DNA of 57,705 nt from positions 1 to 57,705 of the forward strand of contig JBGQLL010000001.1 of NCBI GenBank assembly GCA_041500065.1, read 5' to 3'. This DNA is from Pseudolabrys sp. (lineage in GTDB: Bacteria > Pseudomonadota > Alphaproteobacteria > Rhizobiales > Xanthobacteraceae). Numbering within the stretch: the stretch's first letter is position 1; the number at the start of each line of letters is the position of its first letter. The notes beneath the pieces are model-generated. The model worked only from the letters and a program-made list of their open reading frames with translations, was not told the DNA's origin and did not search any database. Of the stretch, positions 37,452-48,315 are shown in pieces. A program made the position numbers and the translations under genes.

Positions 37452-39251
37452 TTATTTGACGCCACGTTGCTGAAGTTGCTGTTCGATCATCTGGTTCACG
37501 CCGGAACGGATTTTATCGATACTCTTGGCCCTTTCGCCCGCCTTCTGCCTTTGATCTTTGATGTCATCCAGCGTCTCTTCAAGGATGTTTGCCGGCACAA
37601 AACTCGGCGGGAACGAGCGCGGCGGAAACTCCTTGAACGTCGCAACGAACGCGCCGACGTCGTCCATCGCGCCATAGACCTGTCCGACGTGGTTGAGCTG
37701 CCAGTCCCAGAATGTGTTGGACGTGATGTCGGCCCGCTCGAACGGGTCCTGTAACAGATTAAAAATCTTCTGCAGGCGCAGTTTCGTAAAGGGCTCGGCC
37801 CACACACCCAGCGTCCCGGCCAGGCGTTGCTCCGCGTAGACGTACTTGTAGTCGCCCTTCCGCAGCCCTACCAGCAAGCCGTCGTCGTCAGAATAGAAGA
37901 ACTTGTCGCGCGCGCTCTTCGTCCCATTGTTGTTCGCTGCAGTGCCGCTGACATTGCGCAGGAACGCGGACTGGTCGTACCCGTCCAGGTGTACCTTGTA
38001 ATTGATGCCGTTGGCGGTGTAGCCCGCCTTGAGCTTGTTGACGATGTCCGGCTCCCCGGCGGCAGCACAGAGAGTCGGAATCCAGTCGTTGTGGCTCATC
38101 AGCTCGTTGGTGACCGTGCCGGGCTTGATCGCGACCGGCCAGCGGACCAGGCAGGGCACGCGGAAGGCGCCCTCCCAGTTGGTGTTCTTCTCGGAGCGGA
38201 ACCAGGTCATGGCGCCGTCTGGCCAGGAGTTCATGTGGGGGCCGTTGTCGCTTGAGTAGACGACGATGGTGTTGTTGGCGACGCCCATATCGTCCAGCGC
38301 CTTGAGCAGACTGCCCACCGTATCGTCGTGCTCAACCATGCCATCGATGTACTCGCTGTCGCCGTGCGTGTAGCGACCGCGATGCGAGGCGCGAACGTGC
38401 GTGCGCAAGTGCATGCGGGTCGCGTTGAACCAGCAGAAGAACGGCTTCCCGGTTGTTTGCTGCCGCTTCATGAAGTCGATGGCAGCGGCCGAGGTCTCGT
38501 CGTCAATCGTCTCCATACGCTTCTTGGTAAGCGCGCCGGTATCCTCGATGGTCTGCTTGCCGATCTTGCCGAAGCGCGGATCGACCGTCGGGTCGTCTCG
38601 GTCGGTCGCCTTGCACTTGAGGACGCCACGCGGTCCGAACTTGGCGAGGTAGGCCGGATCCTTTGGATAGTCCGGCAGTTCGGGTTCTTCCTCGGCGTTG
38701 AGGTGATAGAGGTTGCCAAAGAACTCGTCGAAGCCGTTCACCGTCGGCAGCGATTCGTTGCGGTCGCCGACGTGGTTCTTGCCGAACTGCCCGGTGGCAT
38801 AACCGAGGTTCTTGAGCAGGCCGCCGATCGAGGGATCCAGCTGACTCATGCCCATCGGCGCGCCGGGGAATCCCACCTTGGTCAGGCCGCTGCGGATGCC
38901 ATGCTGGCCGGTGAGGAAGGCAGCGCGGCCTGCGGTACACGACTGCTCGCCGTAATAGTGGAGGAACCTGATGCCCTCGCGTCCGATGCGGTCGATGTTC
39001 GGTGTCTCGTACCCCATCAGGCCGCTGGAGTAGGCACTAATGCTCGCGATGCCGACATCGTCGCCCCAGATGATGAGGATATTTGGCTTGCTCCCGGTCG
39101 ACGCAGATGTGGGTCGCGGCTGCTGTGCCATCGCCGTTTGCATTGGCGCCGTTGATGCTATCGCCGATGCGGCGGCGAGCGTGGTGCCTCCGAGCAGGAT
39201 GTTGCGCCGGCTGACATTCGCCTTTTTGCTTTGGTCGTCTTTCATGGTCAT
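37452..39251 (-). CDS. Cys-type formylglycine-dependent arylsulfatase, Tat-exported
   Basis: SRRNIL Tat motif; IWGDD, TPNIDR, SCTAGRAAFLTG (CxAxR), GKNHVGD, SDNG, WEGAFRVP. Confidence 0.93.
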   Translation of the reverse strand: MTMKDDQSKKANVSRRNILLGGTTLAAASAIASTAPMQTAMAQQPRPTSASTGSKPNILIIWGDDVGIASISAYSSGLMGYETPNIDRIGREGIRFLHYYGEQSCTAGRAAFLTGQHGIRSGLTKVGFPGAPMGMSQLDPSIGGLLKNLGYATGQFGKNHVGDRNESLPTVNGFDEFFGNLYHLNAEEEPELPDYPKDPAYLAKFGPRGVLKCKATDRDDPTVDPRFGKIGKQTIEDTGALTKKRMETIDDETSAAAIDFMKRQQTTGKPFFCWFNATRMHLRTHVRASHRGRYTHGDSEYIDGMVEHDDTVGSLLKALDDMGVANNTIVVYSSDNGPHMNSWPDGAMTWFRSEKNTNWEGAFRVPCLVRWPVAIKPGTVTNELMSHNDWIPTLCAAAGEPDIVNKLKAGYTANGINYKVHLDGYDQSAFLRNVSGTAANNNGTKSARDKFFYSDDDGLLVGLRKGDYKYVYAEQRLAGTLGVWAEPFTKLRLQKIFNLLQDPFERADITSNTFWDWQLNHVGQVYGAMDDVGAFVATFKEFPPRSFPPSFVPANILEETLDDIKDQRQKAGERAKSIDKIRSGVNQMIEQQLQQRGVK

Positions 39252-39339
39252 GACATCCTCCTGATATGCGCTCGATTGAAACTCGGGTCGCAGTTGTTGC
39301 GCGCCGCCGGTGAGGGCGGCGCGCGTTCGTCGAGCCTGC

Positions 39340-40770
39340 TCAGTTGGCGCCAGTGCTGGCGCGCTCCTTGGCCGCCGTGACTGGCGGGGGGTTCCACAGG
39401 CCGGTCAACGCCTCAGACCGCGGCGCATAGAGACGCATCGTCAGATTGAATGGCCCCTTGGGCGCCGGGAGCCAGTTGACCTCGCGATCCGCGCCGGGGC
39501 TTTCGTTCTGGAAGTAAAGCGTCAGCGATCCGTCGGCGTCGCGCTTGAAAGGCATCCAGCTGCTCACCGCAAAACGGTTGATTGAATTTGCAACCTGGAA
39601 GCCTTCGGGGTCGTACAGAGTGATTGACCAGAACGCGTCGGCTGGCGGTATTTCCTCTTTGGCAAAGTGGATGACGTATTTGTTCGCGCCATCGAGCGGC
39701 TTGCCGGCCTCGTCAGCAAGATTGAGGGGGTAGATCGCATCCTCAGGCAGATTTGCGCCAAGCCCCATCTGCGCGACCATGGCGCGCTTGAGATAGTAGT
39801 TTCCATAGACGCCCATCGTGTCGGTGTTCATCGACCAGCCGTTCACGACACGCGCAAGGGTCGGCGTTTTCCACTCCATCAGCTTCTGCGCCGCAGCCGG
39901 CGCACCGTCGACGGCCTTCTGCACGGTTGCATCGAGCTTGGTGACATCGAAGCTCTTGCCGGCCTCGAAACCGATCCGCTTCAGGCGCGCGATGATCGGC
40001 TGATCGGTATCATGTGGAGGATGCAGCTTGAGCAATTCGGCCGCGTAGGCGAAATATTTGGGGCCTGCCATGGTGTCGACCTGTTTCTTCGGCGGGGTCT
40101 TGGTGTCGACACTTGGATCGATGCTCGCCTTCACTGCGACCGGCGGCTTGCCCCAGCCGGATAATGGCATGATCTTGAAACCCTTCTGGATGGCATGCAC
40201 CGCGTCGTAATCCGCGGGGCCATCCGTCTTGGTGCGGCCGATGATCCAGACATAAGGCGTCGGCGCATCGATCCGCGTGAATCCAGCGGGTACTTTTCCT
40301 TGCCACTTGGGTGGAACGAGCAGGAAGTTGCCCGCCTTTGTGCCCGTCGTGCGCCACCCAGGTGACGCGAACACGTCGGTCCACATATCGAGCATGGGAA
40401 GGAGATAGTAGCGGCCGCCGGTATCAGGCGCGGAAATCACCATTGGTCCGCGTGTTAAATCGATCCAGCCGCTCGAGTACAACGTGTCGAAATTGGGCCG
40501 CACGACGGCCCTCATGTCCGCGGCAGGAAAAGCGGGGATGTTGTCGAACGTGTTCATCGGGCCACCAAGACCCTTGCCGGGCTCGGTGTTGATGAGCTGC
40601 TTGCGCGTCACGTCCATGGTGATGAGCGGAATGAAATAAAGATATGCCTCGGCGGCGATGGCTTGCGCTTCCGTTTCGGGGATCGATGCCGCACTGATTT
40701 GAGCATTCGCAGCCGGAGCGGACGTTAGGGCTGCGAGAAGGCTCAATGATAGAACTGCGGTCCGTTTCAT
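39340..40770 (-). CDS. DUF1254/DUF1214 exported protein
   Basis: VVRPNFDTLYS, GRYYLLPMLDMWTDVF, GANLPEDAIYP, AFWSITLY, NWLPAP, MRLYAP. Confidence 0.9.
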   Translation of the reverse strand: MKRTAVLSLSLLAALTSAPAANAQISAASIPETEAQAIAAEAYLYFIPLITMDVTRKQLINTEPGKGLGGPMNTFDNIPAFPAADMRAVVRPNFDTLYSSGWIDLTRGPMVISAPDTGGRYYLLPMLDMWTDVFASPGWRTTGTKAGNFLLVPPKWQGKVPAGFTRIDAPTPYVWIIGRTKTDGPADYDAVHAIQKGFKIMPLSGWGKPPVAVKASIDPSVDTKTPPKKQVDTMAGPKYFAYAAELLKLHPPHDTDQPIIARLKRIGFEAGKSFDVTKLDATVQKAVDGAPAAAQKLMEWKTPTLARVVNGWSMNTDTMGVYGNYYLKRAMVAQMGLGANLPEDAIYPLNLADEAGKPLDGANKYVIHFAKEEIPPADAFWSITLYDPEGFQVANSINRFAVSSWMPFKRDADGSLTLYFQNESPGADREVNWLPAPKGPFNLTMRLYAPRSEALTGLWNPPPVTAAKERASTGAN

Positions 40771-40890
40771 GGATGTTCCTTACAGTAATGACGCATCAAC
40801 CTATCGCGTCGACAAGCACATCGGCCGTGCGAGAACTTGATGGCGCACGAACTCTATTTTTGAGAATGGTGAAGTGCGCGAATTCTTCTT

Positions 40891-41880
40891 TCAGCTCTCT
40901 CCTTTTTCTCGCATGACGCACCGGAATCCGATATGGCTGGTCGAGGTGTCGACCGGCTGCGCATGGCGCGCGGCGGGCCGATAACGGCGGCAGTAATTGG
41001 GCGCGCACAAGTGCGAGCCGCCTTTGAGAACCTTGCGGGGAATCCTGATGTTCGGCTGGCGTGGATCGTAGCTTTCGGCCTCTGGGCCACCGCGCGGATT
41101 TTCAGGAATGCAGCACGCTTTCGGCGCATCGGCCTGGTGCTTGTGTGAATACCAGTCGCTGGTCCACTCCCACACATTGCCGATCATGTCGTAGAGATCG
41201 TAGCCGTTCGGCGGGAAGGCCCGCACCGGCGTCGTGCGTTCGAAACCGTTCGAGTTGCGCTTCTGGTGCGGAAATTCGCCCTGCCAGGTATTGGCCATCT
41301 GCCGCTCGTCCGGCATGAACTCGTTGCCCCACGCAAATTCGGCCTCTTCGAGGCCACCGCGAGCAGCGAATTCCCACTCGGCTTCCGTCGGCAAATCCTT
41401 GCCGGCCCAGCGCGCATAAGACATCGCATCCGAATAGGCGATGTGCACCACAGGATGATCGTCAAGGCCGTCGATATTGCTTCCTGGACCGTACGGGTGT
41501 CGCCAGTCAGCGTCCCTGAGGAATGTCCACCACTGGCTCCAGTCGCGCAGATCAACCGGATGCTCCGGCGGCGTGAACACCAGCGAGCCGGCAAACAACA
41601 TGTGCGGAAGCGCGCCGGGATAATCTTTCGGATCAGGCGGGATCTCGGCGAATGTCACATGGCCGGTCTCGCGAACGAATTCCCTGAACTGCGCATTGGT
41701 GACGGGCGTACGATCGATCCAGAAAGCATCCACAGTGACGCGATGGACCGGGGCTTCTTCGGGATAGTGCTTGTCGGAGCCCATGCGGAACGTGCCGCCC
41801 GGAATCCGGACCATGTTTGCGTGGCGCGCGGAGCTCGGTGCGTCAATCCGATCTGATATTGGCACCTCGACAAACGACAC
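40891..41880 (-). CDS. Formylglycine-generating enzyme (sulfatase-modifying factor)
   Basis: LPTEAEWEFAARGG, DMIGNVWEW, GGSHLCAPNYCRRYRPAAR, HIGFRC. Confidence 0.93.
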   Translation of the reverse strand: MSFVEVPISDRIDAPSSARHANMVRIPGGTFRMGSDKHYPEEAPVHRVTVDAFWIDRTPVTNAQFREFVRETGHVTFAEIPPDPKDYPGALPHMLFAGSLVFTPPEHPVDLRDWSQWWTFLRDADWRHPYGPGSNIDGLDDHPVVHIAYSDAMSYARWAGKDLPTEAEWEFAARGGLEEAEFAWGNEFMPDERQMANTWQGEFPHQKRNSNGFERTTPVRAFPPNGYDLYDMIGNVWEWTSDWYSHKHQADAPKACCIPENPRGGPEAESYDPRQPNIRIPRKVLKGGSHLCAPNYCRRYRPAARHAQPVDTSTSHIGFRCVMREKGES

Positions 41881-42219
41881 GACCTGAACTCCCGCACAAG
41901 CAGGGGCGAAACGCAGCCGGCAATATGTTGCGGCGGATGCTGGACGGCATCAATTGACGAAAATGTGATGGGTCAAAGGGAGTTCAGCAGCATCGATTGA
42001 GCTCAAGCCATATGAATTGTTTTTCAATTCATGTCCGATCGCGCGGCTTAAGTTCCAGAAAACTCTACGTTTTGCCGCATCACCGGACGGTATCAGGTTC
42101 TTCCGTGTTACGTATTTGTGGCTCGACGGTCACGTTGACCCGAATTCTCGCACTCAGCGCTGCGAGCTTCTGTCTTTTGTGACATGGCGCCCTAAGCTGG
42201 CACGCGGTGGAGGGCGCCG

Positions 42220-43296
42220 ATGAAAAAAGCGGCATACACAAAGCTGATCAGTCGAACTGCGCGGGGCGCGCTGTGCGCTTCAGCTGTCTTGGCGGCGGCC
42301 ATGACTGCAGATCCGGCAATTGCAGACGAAGGCGGCATCAGTTTCTGGGTGCCGGGCTTTTTCGGGAGCCTGGCAGCAACGCCGCAGCAGCCGGGATTGT
42401 CACTGATCAATATCTACTATCACACCTCGGTATCGGCCGGCGGCGATGTGGCATTCGCGCGTCAGGTGAACCGCGGCAATATCACCGCCAACTTCAACGC
42501 GAATGTCGCGGCGAATTTAAACGCGAGGGCAGACCTCGGCATGTTCATTCCCAGCTATACGTTCGCCACTCCTGTACTGGGTGGCCAGGCGAACGTCCTC
42601 CTGGTAGTGCCATACGGACGCAGTCAGGCCTCAGTCGATGCGACGTTAACCGGCTCGGTAGGCCCCTTCGGTTTTACAAGATCGGGCAGCCTTAGTGAAT
42701 CTGCGACCGGCTTCGGAGATCTGGTTCCGCAATTCAATGTGCGATGGAATCAAGGCGTCAATAATTTCTTGGCGTACATTACAGGGAATTTGACAACAGG
42801 GGTTTATAGCTCCACGTCGATCGCTAATCTCGGTATTGGCCACAACGCGATCGACGCCGGCGGCGCCTACACCTACTTCGATCCCAAGACGGGGCACGAA
42901 TTCTCGGCCGCACTGGGATTCACATATAACTTCGAAAATACACACACCCAATATCAAAACGGCATCGATATGCATTTTGATTGGGGTGCATCACAATTCC
43001 TGAGCAAGCAGCTTCAGGTCGGCGTCGTTGGTTATCTGTACAACCAGCTCTCTTGCGATAGCGGAACCGGCGATCGGGTCGGCTGCTTCGAGTCCCGCGT
43101 TGCTGGTATCGGTCCGCAGCTCGGCATCATCCTTCCGCTCAACAAGGACTACCAGGGCTACCTCAATCTCAAAGGCTATTGGGAATTCGACGCAGCGCAT
43201 CGTGCCGACGGCTGGAACACGTGGCTCACCTTCGTGATTTCACCGGCGGGGCCCGGTGAGGCCCCGCCGGCAGCCCGCCGCATGGCCACAAAATAA
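42220..43296 (+). CDS. Outer-membrane channel, SphA/COG4313 (MetA-pathway of phenol degradation) family
   Basis: Signal ending AIA-DEGG; GFGDL, YQNGIDMHFDW, VGVVGY.Y.Q, AGIGPQLG, LKGYWEF. Confidence 0.82.
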   Translation: MKKAAYTKLISRTARGALCASAVLAAAMTADPAIADEGGISFWVPGFFGSLAATPQQPGLSLINIYYHTSVSAGGDVAFARQVNRGNITANFNANVAANLNARADLGMFIPSYTFATPVLGGQANVLLVVPYGRSQASVDATLTGSVGPFGFTRSGSLSESATGFGDLVPQFNVRWNQGVNNFLAYITGNLTTGVYSSTSIANLGIGHNAIDAGGAYTYFDPKTGHEFSAALGFTYNFENTHTQYQNGIDMHFDWGASQFLSKQLQVGVVGYLYNQLSCDSGTGDRVGCFESRVAGIGPQLGIILPLNKDYQGYLNLKGYWEFDAAHRADGWNTWLTFVISPAGPGEAPPAARRMATK

Positions 43297-43299
43297 AAT

Positions 43300-43335
43300 G
43301 TAGCCCCGCCGAACTCAGAGAGACGGCGGGGCTAC
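43300..43335. terminator. 12-bp inverted repeat after the channel gene
   Basis: GTAGCCCCGCCG...CGGCGGGGCTAC. Confidence 0.6.
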
Positions 43336-43741
43336 CGAATACAACACGCCGGGGTGTGGCGGAACCCGACGATTGCACTCAAAACTGTAGTCGCGACCTC
43401 CGCGCGAATGGTTCATCCCAAACGAATCAAAAAAAACGCGTGTCAGCTGAAAAACGCTGAAAAGGAAAGATATGAGAGGCGACGGGACCCAAGAGCGTCT
43501 CCATGACCCGGCTGAAAAGGCCGTAAAGCAGCGCTGCGGCCCAAACGGCGGACAAACCCAACCGCACGTCACCGCTACCGCGCGCCAAATTTGGCGAAAG
43601 CGTGCGTTGGTCCGTGGGTCATGGGTCATCACTCCATCTGACTGATGCTTGATGACAAAGGTTCAACGCAATTTTGAATAATTCGCCGCCGCAGCGCCCA
43701 GCTTGCCCCGGCCGCCCCCCATTGATACCAAGTCCCAGACT

Positions 43742-43776
43742 CGTCATGGCCGGGCTTTCCCGGCCATCCACGTCTT
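43742..43776 (+). repeat. REP-like palindromic element of the Bradyrhizobium/Rhodopseudomonas type
   Basis: CGTCATGGCCGGG-cttt-CCCGGCCATCCACGTCTT immediately upstream of metG. Confidence 0.6.
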
Positions 43777-43792
43777 TGAACGAAAACGAGAA

Positions 43793-45349
43793 ATGCCGGC
43801 CAAGACGCCTTTTTACATCACCACGGCGATCTCATACCCGAACGGCCCGCCGCATATCGGGCACGCCTATGAAGCGATCGCCACCGATGCCATCGCCCGC
43901 TTCATGCGGCTCGATGGCTACGACGTCTATTTCCTCACCGGCACCGACGAGCACGGGCAGAAGATCCAGCAGACCGCCGCAAAGGAGGGGCTGACGCCGC
44001 GCCAATTGCTCGACCGCAACGTCCCGCGCTTCGAGGCGATGGTAAAGCGGATGAATTGCTCGAACGACGATTTCATCCACACCACCGAAGAGCGCCATCA
44101 CCGCTCATCTGAAGCGATCTGGCAGCGGATGGAGCAGAACGGTGACATTTACCTCGGCAAATATGCCGGCTGGTATTCGGTGCGTGACGAGGCTTACTAC
44201 GCCGAGGATGAGACGCATCTAAACGAGCAGAAAGTACGGGTTTCCGCCAAAACCGGCACGCCGGTCGAATGGGTGGAGGAGGCGAGCTATTTCTTCAAGC
44301 TCTCTGCCTACCAGCAGAAGTTGCTCGACCTCTACGCACGGCCGAATTTCGTGTTGCCGAAAGAGCGGCTCAACGAGGTTGCCAGTTTCGTGCGCAGCGG
44401 CTTGCAGGACCTGTCGATCTCGCGCACCACGTTCGACTGGGGCATCCGCGTGCCTGGCACCGACGGCCACATTATGTATGTGTGGGTGGATGCGCTCACG
44501 AATTACATCACGGGTGTTGGTTTTCCCGATACCGGCAGCGAAAAATTCAAGCGCTACTGGCCGGCATCGCTGCACGTGATCGGCAAGGACATCGTGCGCT
44601 TCCACGCGGTCTATTGGCCGGCCTTCCTGATGTCGGCCGGCATCGACGTACCGCAACACATCTTCTCACACGGCTTTCTCTTCAATCGCGGAGAGAAGAT
44701 GTCGAAATCGGTCGGCAATGTGATCGACCCGTTCACCATGGCCGACACCTATGGCGTCGATCAGTTCCGGTATTTCTTTCTCCGCGAGGTGCCGTTCGGT
44801 CAGGACGGCAATTACAGCCATGAGGCGATCGTCAATCGCATCAACGCGGATCTCGCGAATGACCTCGGCAACCTGGCGCAGAGATCTTTGTCGATGGTCG
44901 GCAAGGCTTTTGGCGGCAAGCTGCCGGAGCCTGGCGCGTTCAGCGAAACTGACAAGACCATCCTTGCGGCGGCAGACGCGATGATCAATACCGCTCGCGA
45001 GCACATGAAAACGCAACAGCTGCACCAGGTGCTCAATTGTGTTTGGGCGGTCGTAGCCGATGCCAACCGTTATTTCGCCTCCGAAGCGCCGTGGGCGCTG
45101 GCGAAAACCGATCCGAAGCGGCAGGGGACGGTGCTTCACGTGACCGCGGAGATCCTGCGGCAAGTTGCGATTTTGGCCCAGCCGTTTGTTCCGACGTCAG
45201 CATCCAAAATGCTCGATCTTCTGGCGATCAAGCCAGAAGATCGGAGCTTCGCTATGCTTAACCCGGGATCGAGGATTAAAGCGGGCGTCACATTGCCGGC
45301 GCCGTCGCCGGTGTTTCCCCGCTATGTGGAAGCAGAAGAAACAGCGTGA
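43793..45349 (+). CDS. metG: Methionine--tRNA ligase (short form)
   Basis: [31 protein letters not shown]. Confidence 0.96.
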   Translation: MPAKTPFYITTAISYPNGPPHIGHAYEAIATDAIARFMRLDGYDVYFLTGTDEHGQKIQQTAAKEGLTPRQLLDRNVPRFEAMVKRMNCSNDDFIHTTEERHHRSSEAIWQRMEQNGDIYLGKYAGWYSVRDEAYYAEDETHLNEQKVRVSAKTGTPVEWVEEASYFFKLSAYQQKLLDLYARPNFVLPKERLNEVASFVRSGLQDLSISRTTFDWGIRVPGTDGHIMYVWVDALTNYITGVGFPDTGSEKFKRYWPASLHVIGKDIVRFHAVYWPAFLMSAGIDVPQHIFSHGFLFNRGEKMSKSVGNVIDPFTMADTYGVDQFRYFFLREVPFGQDGNYSHEAIVNRINADLANDLGNLAQRSLSMVGKAFGGKLPEPGAFSETDKTILAAADAMINTAREHMKTQQLHQVLNCVWAVVADANRYFASEAPWALAKTDPKRQGTVLHVTAEILRQVAILAQPFVPTSASKMLDLLAIKPEDRSFAMLNPGSRIKAGVTLPAPSPVFPRYVEAEETA

Positions 45350-45417
45350 ATCGTTGAACCGGCTGATCTTATGATGTGACCAATTGAGGTCGCGTTGTCC
45401 ATGGGGGGCGCCCTGCA

Positions 45418-48213
45418 ATGTCCGAATTGAATTGCCGCGGGCCACGCGGCCAGAGGCAAATCTCGCTGTTGCTCGCATTCTTTTGTATTTTAGTGCTCGC
45501 GACCGGCTGTTCCAAATCGGAAAAATCCGACGGCACGCTCGACACCGGCCGTTTGCCGCGGGTCGCCGGCGCCAAGATCGTTTTTTCCAGTCCGGCGAGC
45601 ACGATCTACACGTCGCCCGATTCGGTCGCGAAGACCGCCGATACTGTCGACAAGGCGTTCGCCTCTGACGGCTGGCAAAAATATGTCGCTCCGTCGACCT
45701 CCGTATCTACGAATGAAGATCAGCGCACCCTCTCGCTTAAGAAAGGACCGCAGGCGATCGGCGTGTTCATCACGGTTGCGCCCGCCCAAGGCAACGCCAC
45801 CAGCGTGCAATACAATGTGGTGGCGCTGAAAGACGACCTGCCGTTTCCCAAAGATGCCACCAGCATCGAGTTCGATCCGAACAAGCCGCTGCTGACCCTT
45901 GTTTCGGGCGAGGCGATCGAGCCAATGCTGGATTTCTATCGCAAGGAACTTGGCCAACTTGGATGGTCACTGTGGTCTCAAAAGCTGAACGGGATTCAAC
46001 CGGCCGGCGGCACGTCCGGCGAAATGACCAAGAGCGGTGCTTACGCCTACTACCTGCAAGGCGACCGGCGATTTGCGTCGCTCGTACTTGAGCGCACCGA
46101 AGCCGGCCGGACCAAGGTCAAGTTTGAAGAATTGCCGGCTGGCTATCTCGAGACCCTCCAGAAGGAGTTTTTCAACAGCGACAATACGGGCGCGGCGCTA
46201 GTCGACGTTAGCCGTTTGCCGCGCCTTGATGGCGCGAAGGAAGACACCTCCCGTTCGTCTTCAGACTCATTGGTTTATTCCGTTGGGGGCTCGCTCGCGA
46301 ATACGATAGCGGCGACCAAGCAGATGCTGGCCGCCGACGGCTGGAAGCAGTACGTGGCCCCGTTGGAGGCCCACAACACTTTACTCGCCTTCAAAAAAGG
46401 ACCGCAGGGATTGTCGGTGTCTTTCACAATTCAAGTGGGGAAAAACGAACAGACCAGCGAGGTCACCACTGTCTGGTATTCCCCGACCCGGCTGAGTTTT
46501 GCCCTCGCGATTCCCGATGACGCGGCCGACATCGTGTTCGACGCGAACCGCCCGTATCTCAACTGCATCACAGCGGGTACTGTCGAAGCCACTCTGGCTT
46601 TCTATCGCAAGGAGCTGGCTGCGTTAGGTTGGGCGCCATTGTCGGCAACGGACGCCGCGAAGCAGTGGCCAAACGCGGCGCTGGATGAGAAATTACCGAA
46701 CGGCACGATTGCTTATTTCACGCGCGGAATGCAACGGCCGATCGTGCTGTCGGTGCAACGCCGCGACGACAACAAAGCCGTCATCGAAATAAAGGTTCCG
46801 CCATTTGCCGAGCCGCAAGCCCTCGAAGCGGGTCGGGAGATTTTCGGTCTGCCAGTGCCGAAGTTAAGTAAGACCGCGGGCGGCACCGGTGGCGACTCCC
46901 AGCATACGGTGTCGGCCCACGTTCCCGCCGAAGTCGGAACAGTGTTGGCTTTCTATCGTCGTGAGCTGGCGGCCCGCAACTGGAAGGAAGAGACACAGGG
47001 CGCCGCCGTCAATCCAGACGCGGTCACTCTCAATTTCACCTCTCCGGAAGGACCGGCCGTTCTCAAACTCGCTCACAAGTACGACCTGACAACCGTCGAT
47101 CTCGTGCTCCGCATACCAAGAGTGGCGCCCAAGGCCGAACCGCAAACCCAAGCTGATTCAGTCGATGCGCTTTTGAAACAGGCGCAGCAGATGATGCGCG
47201 AGGCCGCTGGCGACGCGGCCGCCGTCGGACGTCCGCCCGCAGCACCCTCACAACCTCCAAAAAGCTCTGCGCCAGCGCTACGTTTGCTCGCGGATACCAA
47301 AGCGCCGGTCCCTGTGCCCGATACAGCAGAAGAGATCGAATTCGACGGCGCCGACGGCAAGCTCGAGTTCAAAAGTGCTTCGAGCCTTGCAGGGGTGGCC
47401 GATTTCTACCGGTTCACCATGAAAGAGCAGGGGTGGGATTCGCGTTCGTCGGTGATCAACAACGCCAATATGGTCGTGCTCAATTTCGCAAAAGCCGGCA
47501 AATCGGTGTCGTTCACAATCATGCGCATGGGCAACATGACGAACGTGTCCGCCGACGGATCCGCGCTGAAGGTCGCATCCGCAAAGGCGGCCAATGCTCC
47601 AGTGCAGGCCAACGCTCAAGATCTTGAGGCTGAGGAGAGCGGCGGCTTGCCGGTTCCAAAGCGCCATACGATGAGCAAGGGCACCAAGACCCCGTTCCGC
47701 CGGGAGCTCAAGGCGAACATACCGCTCGAACTTGCTGACGTACTTGGTTTTTATCGTCGCGAGCTCGGCAAGCTCAACTGGAAGGAGGAGGCCAGCGGCG
47801 CAGTCGTTGCCCCCGAGAACGTTGTGCTCGGATATGTCTCTCCCGAAGGGCCCGCGCTACTCAAGCTGAGCCGCAAGGACGGTGAGACCGTCGTGAACGT
47901 CGTGGTCAGGAATCCCGACGCGACGGCGAAAGCCGGCATCCTGCCAAAGCCAGGCCAGGCCAAGGTTATGTTCGGCAACATCAACAGCGCGGCGGCCGCG
48001 ATTACATTCAACAACAGAACGATCAATGTTGCGGCTGGTGCGGGCACCAAGGGCCCGGATGGACCAGTGCTTGACCTGGCACCAGGCAAATATAAGTACT
48101 CGATCAAGTTACCGGGCAAGCCGATGCAAACTGACGAAGTCGAGCTCGCTGCCGAGGAAACATGGGGGCTGATGATCGGGCCCGGCGGGGTCCTCGCATT
48201 GCAGGCGTATTAA
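45418..48213 (+). CDS. 931-aa predicted lipoprotein with seven internal alpha/beta repeats, function unknown
   Basis: Lipobox-like LATG-C31; recurring LP.P...FYR.EL...(G/N)W units; beta-rich C-terminal domain. Confidence 0.8.
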   Translation: MSELNCRGPRGQRQISLLLAFFCILVLATGCSKSEKSDGTLDTGRLPRVAGAKIVFSSPASTIYTSPDSVAKTADTVDKAFASDGWQKYVAPSTSVSTNEDQRTLSLKKGPQAIGVFITVAPAQGNATSVQYNVVALKDDLPFPKDATSIEFDPNKPLLTLVSGEAIEPMLDFYRKELGQLGWSLWSQKLNGIQPAGGTSGEMTKSGAYAYYLQGDRRFASLVLERTEAGRTKVKFEELPAGYLETLQKEFFNSDNTGAALVDVSRLPRLDGAKEDTSRSSSDSLVYSVGGSLANTIAATKQMLAADGWKQYVAPLEAHNTLLAFKKGPQGLSVSFTIQVGKNEQTSEVTTVWYSPTRLSFALAIPDDAADIVFDANRPYLNCITAGTVEATLAFYRKELAALGWAPLSATDAAKQWPNAALDEKLPNGTIAYFTRGMQRPIVLSVQRRDDNKAVIEIKVPPFAEPQALEAGREIFGLPVPKLSKTAGGTGGDSQHTVSAHVPAEVGTVLAFYRRELAARNWKEETQGAAVNPDAVTLNFTSPEGPAVLKLAHKYDLTTVDLVLRIPRVAPKAEPQTQADSVDALLKQAQQMMREAAGDAAAVGRPPAAPSQPPKSSAPALRLLADTKAPVPVPDTAEEIEFDGADGKLEFKSASSLAGVADFYRFTMKEQGWDSRSSVINNANMVVLNFAKAGKSVSFTIMRMGNMTNVSADGSALKVASAKAANAPVQANAQDLEAEESGGLPVPKRHTMSKGTKTPFRRELKANIPLELADVLGFYRRELGKLNWKEEASGAVVAPENVVLGYVSPEGPALLKLSRKDGETVVNVVVRNPDATAKAGILPKPGQAKVMFGNINSAAAAITFNNRTINVAAGAGTKGPDGPVLDLAPGKYKYSIKLPGKPMQTDEVELAAEETWGLMIGPGGVLALQAY

Positions 48214-48315
48214 GGTCCCGAAAGCGGGACCGGCGCGGATGCCCTTGCCCCCGGCTTGGCTGGAGGCTATCTCGCACACCGTCTCATCCCGTGAAGGACC
48301 TTCCTGTTGCCTTTT

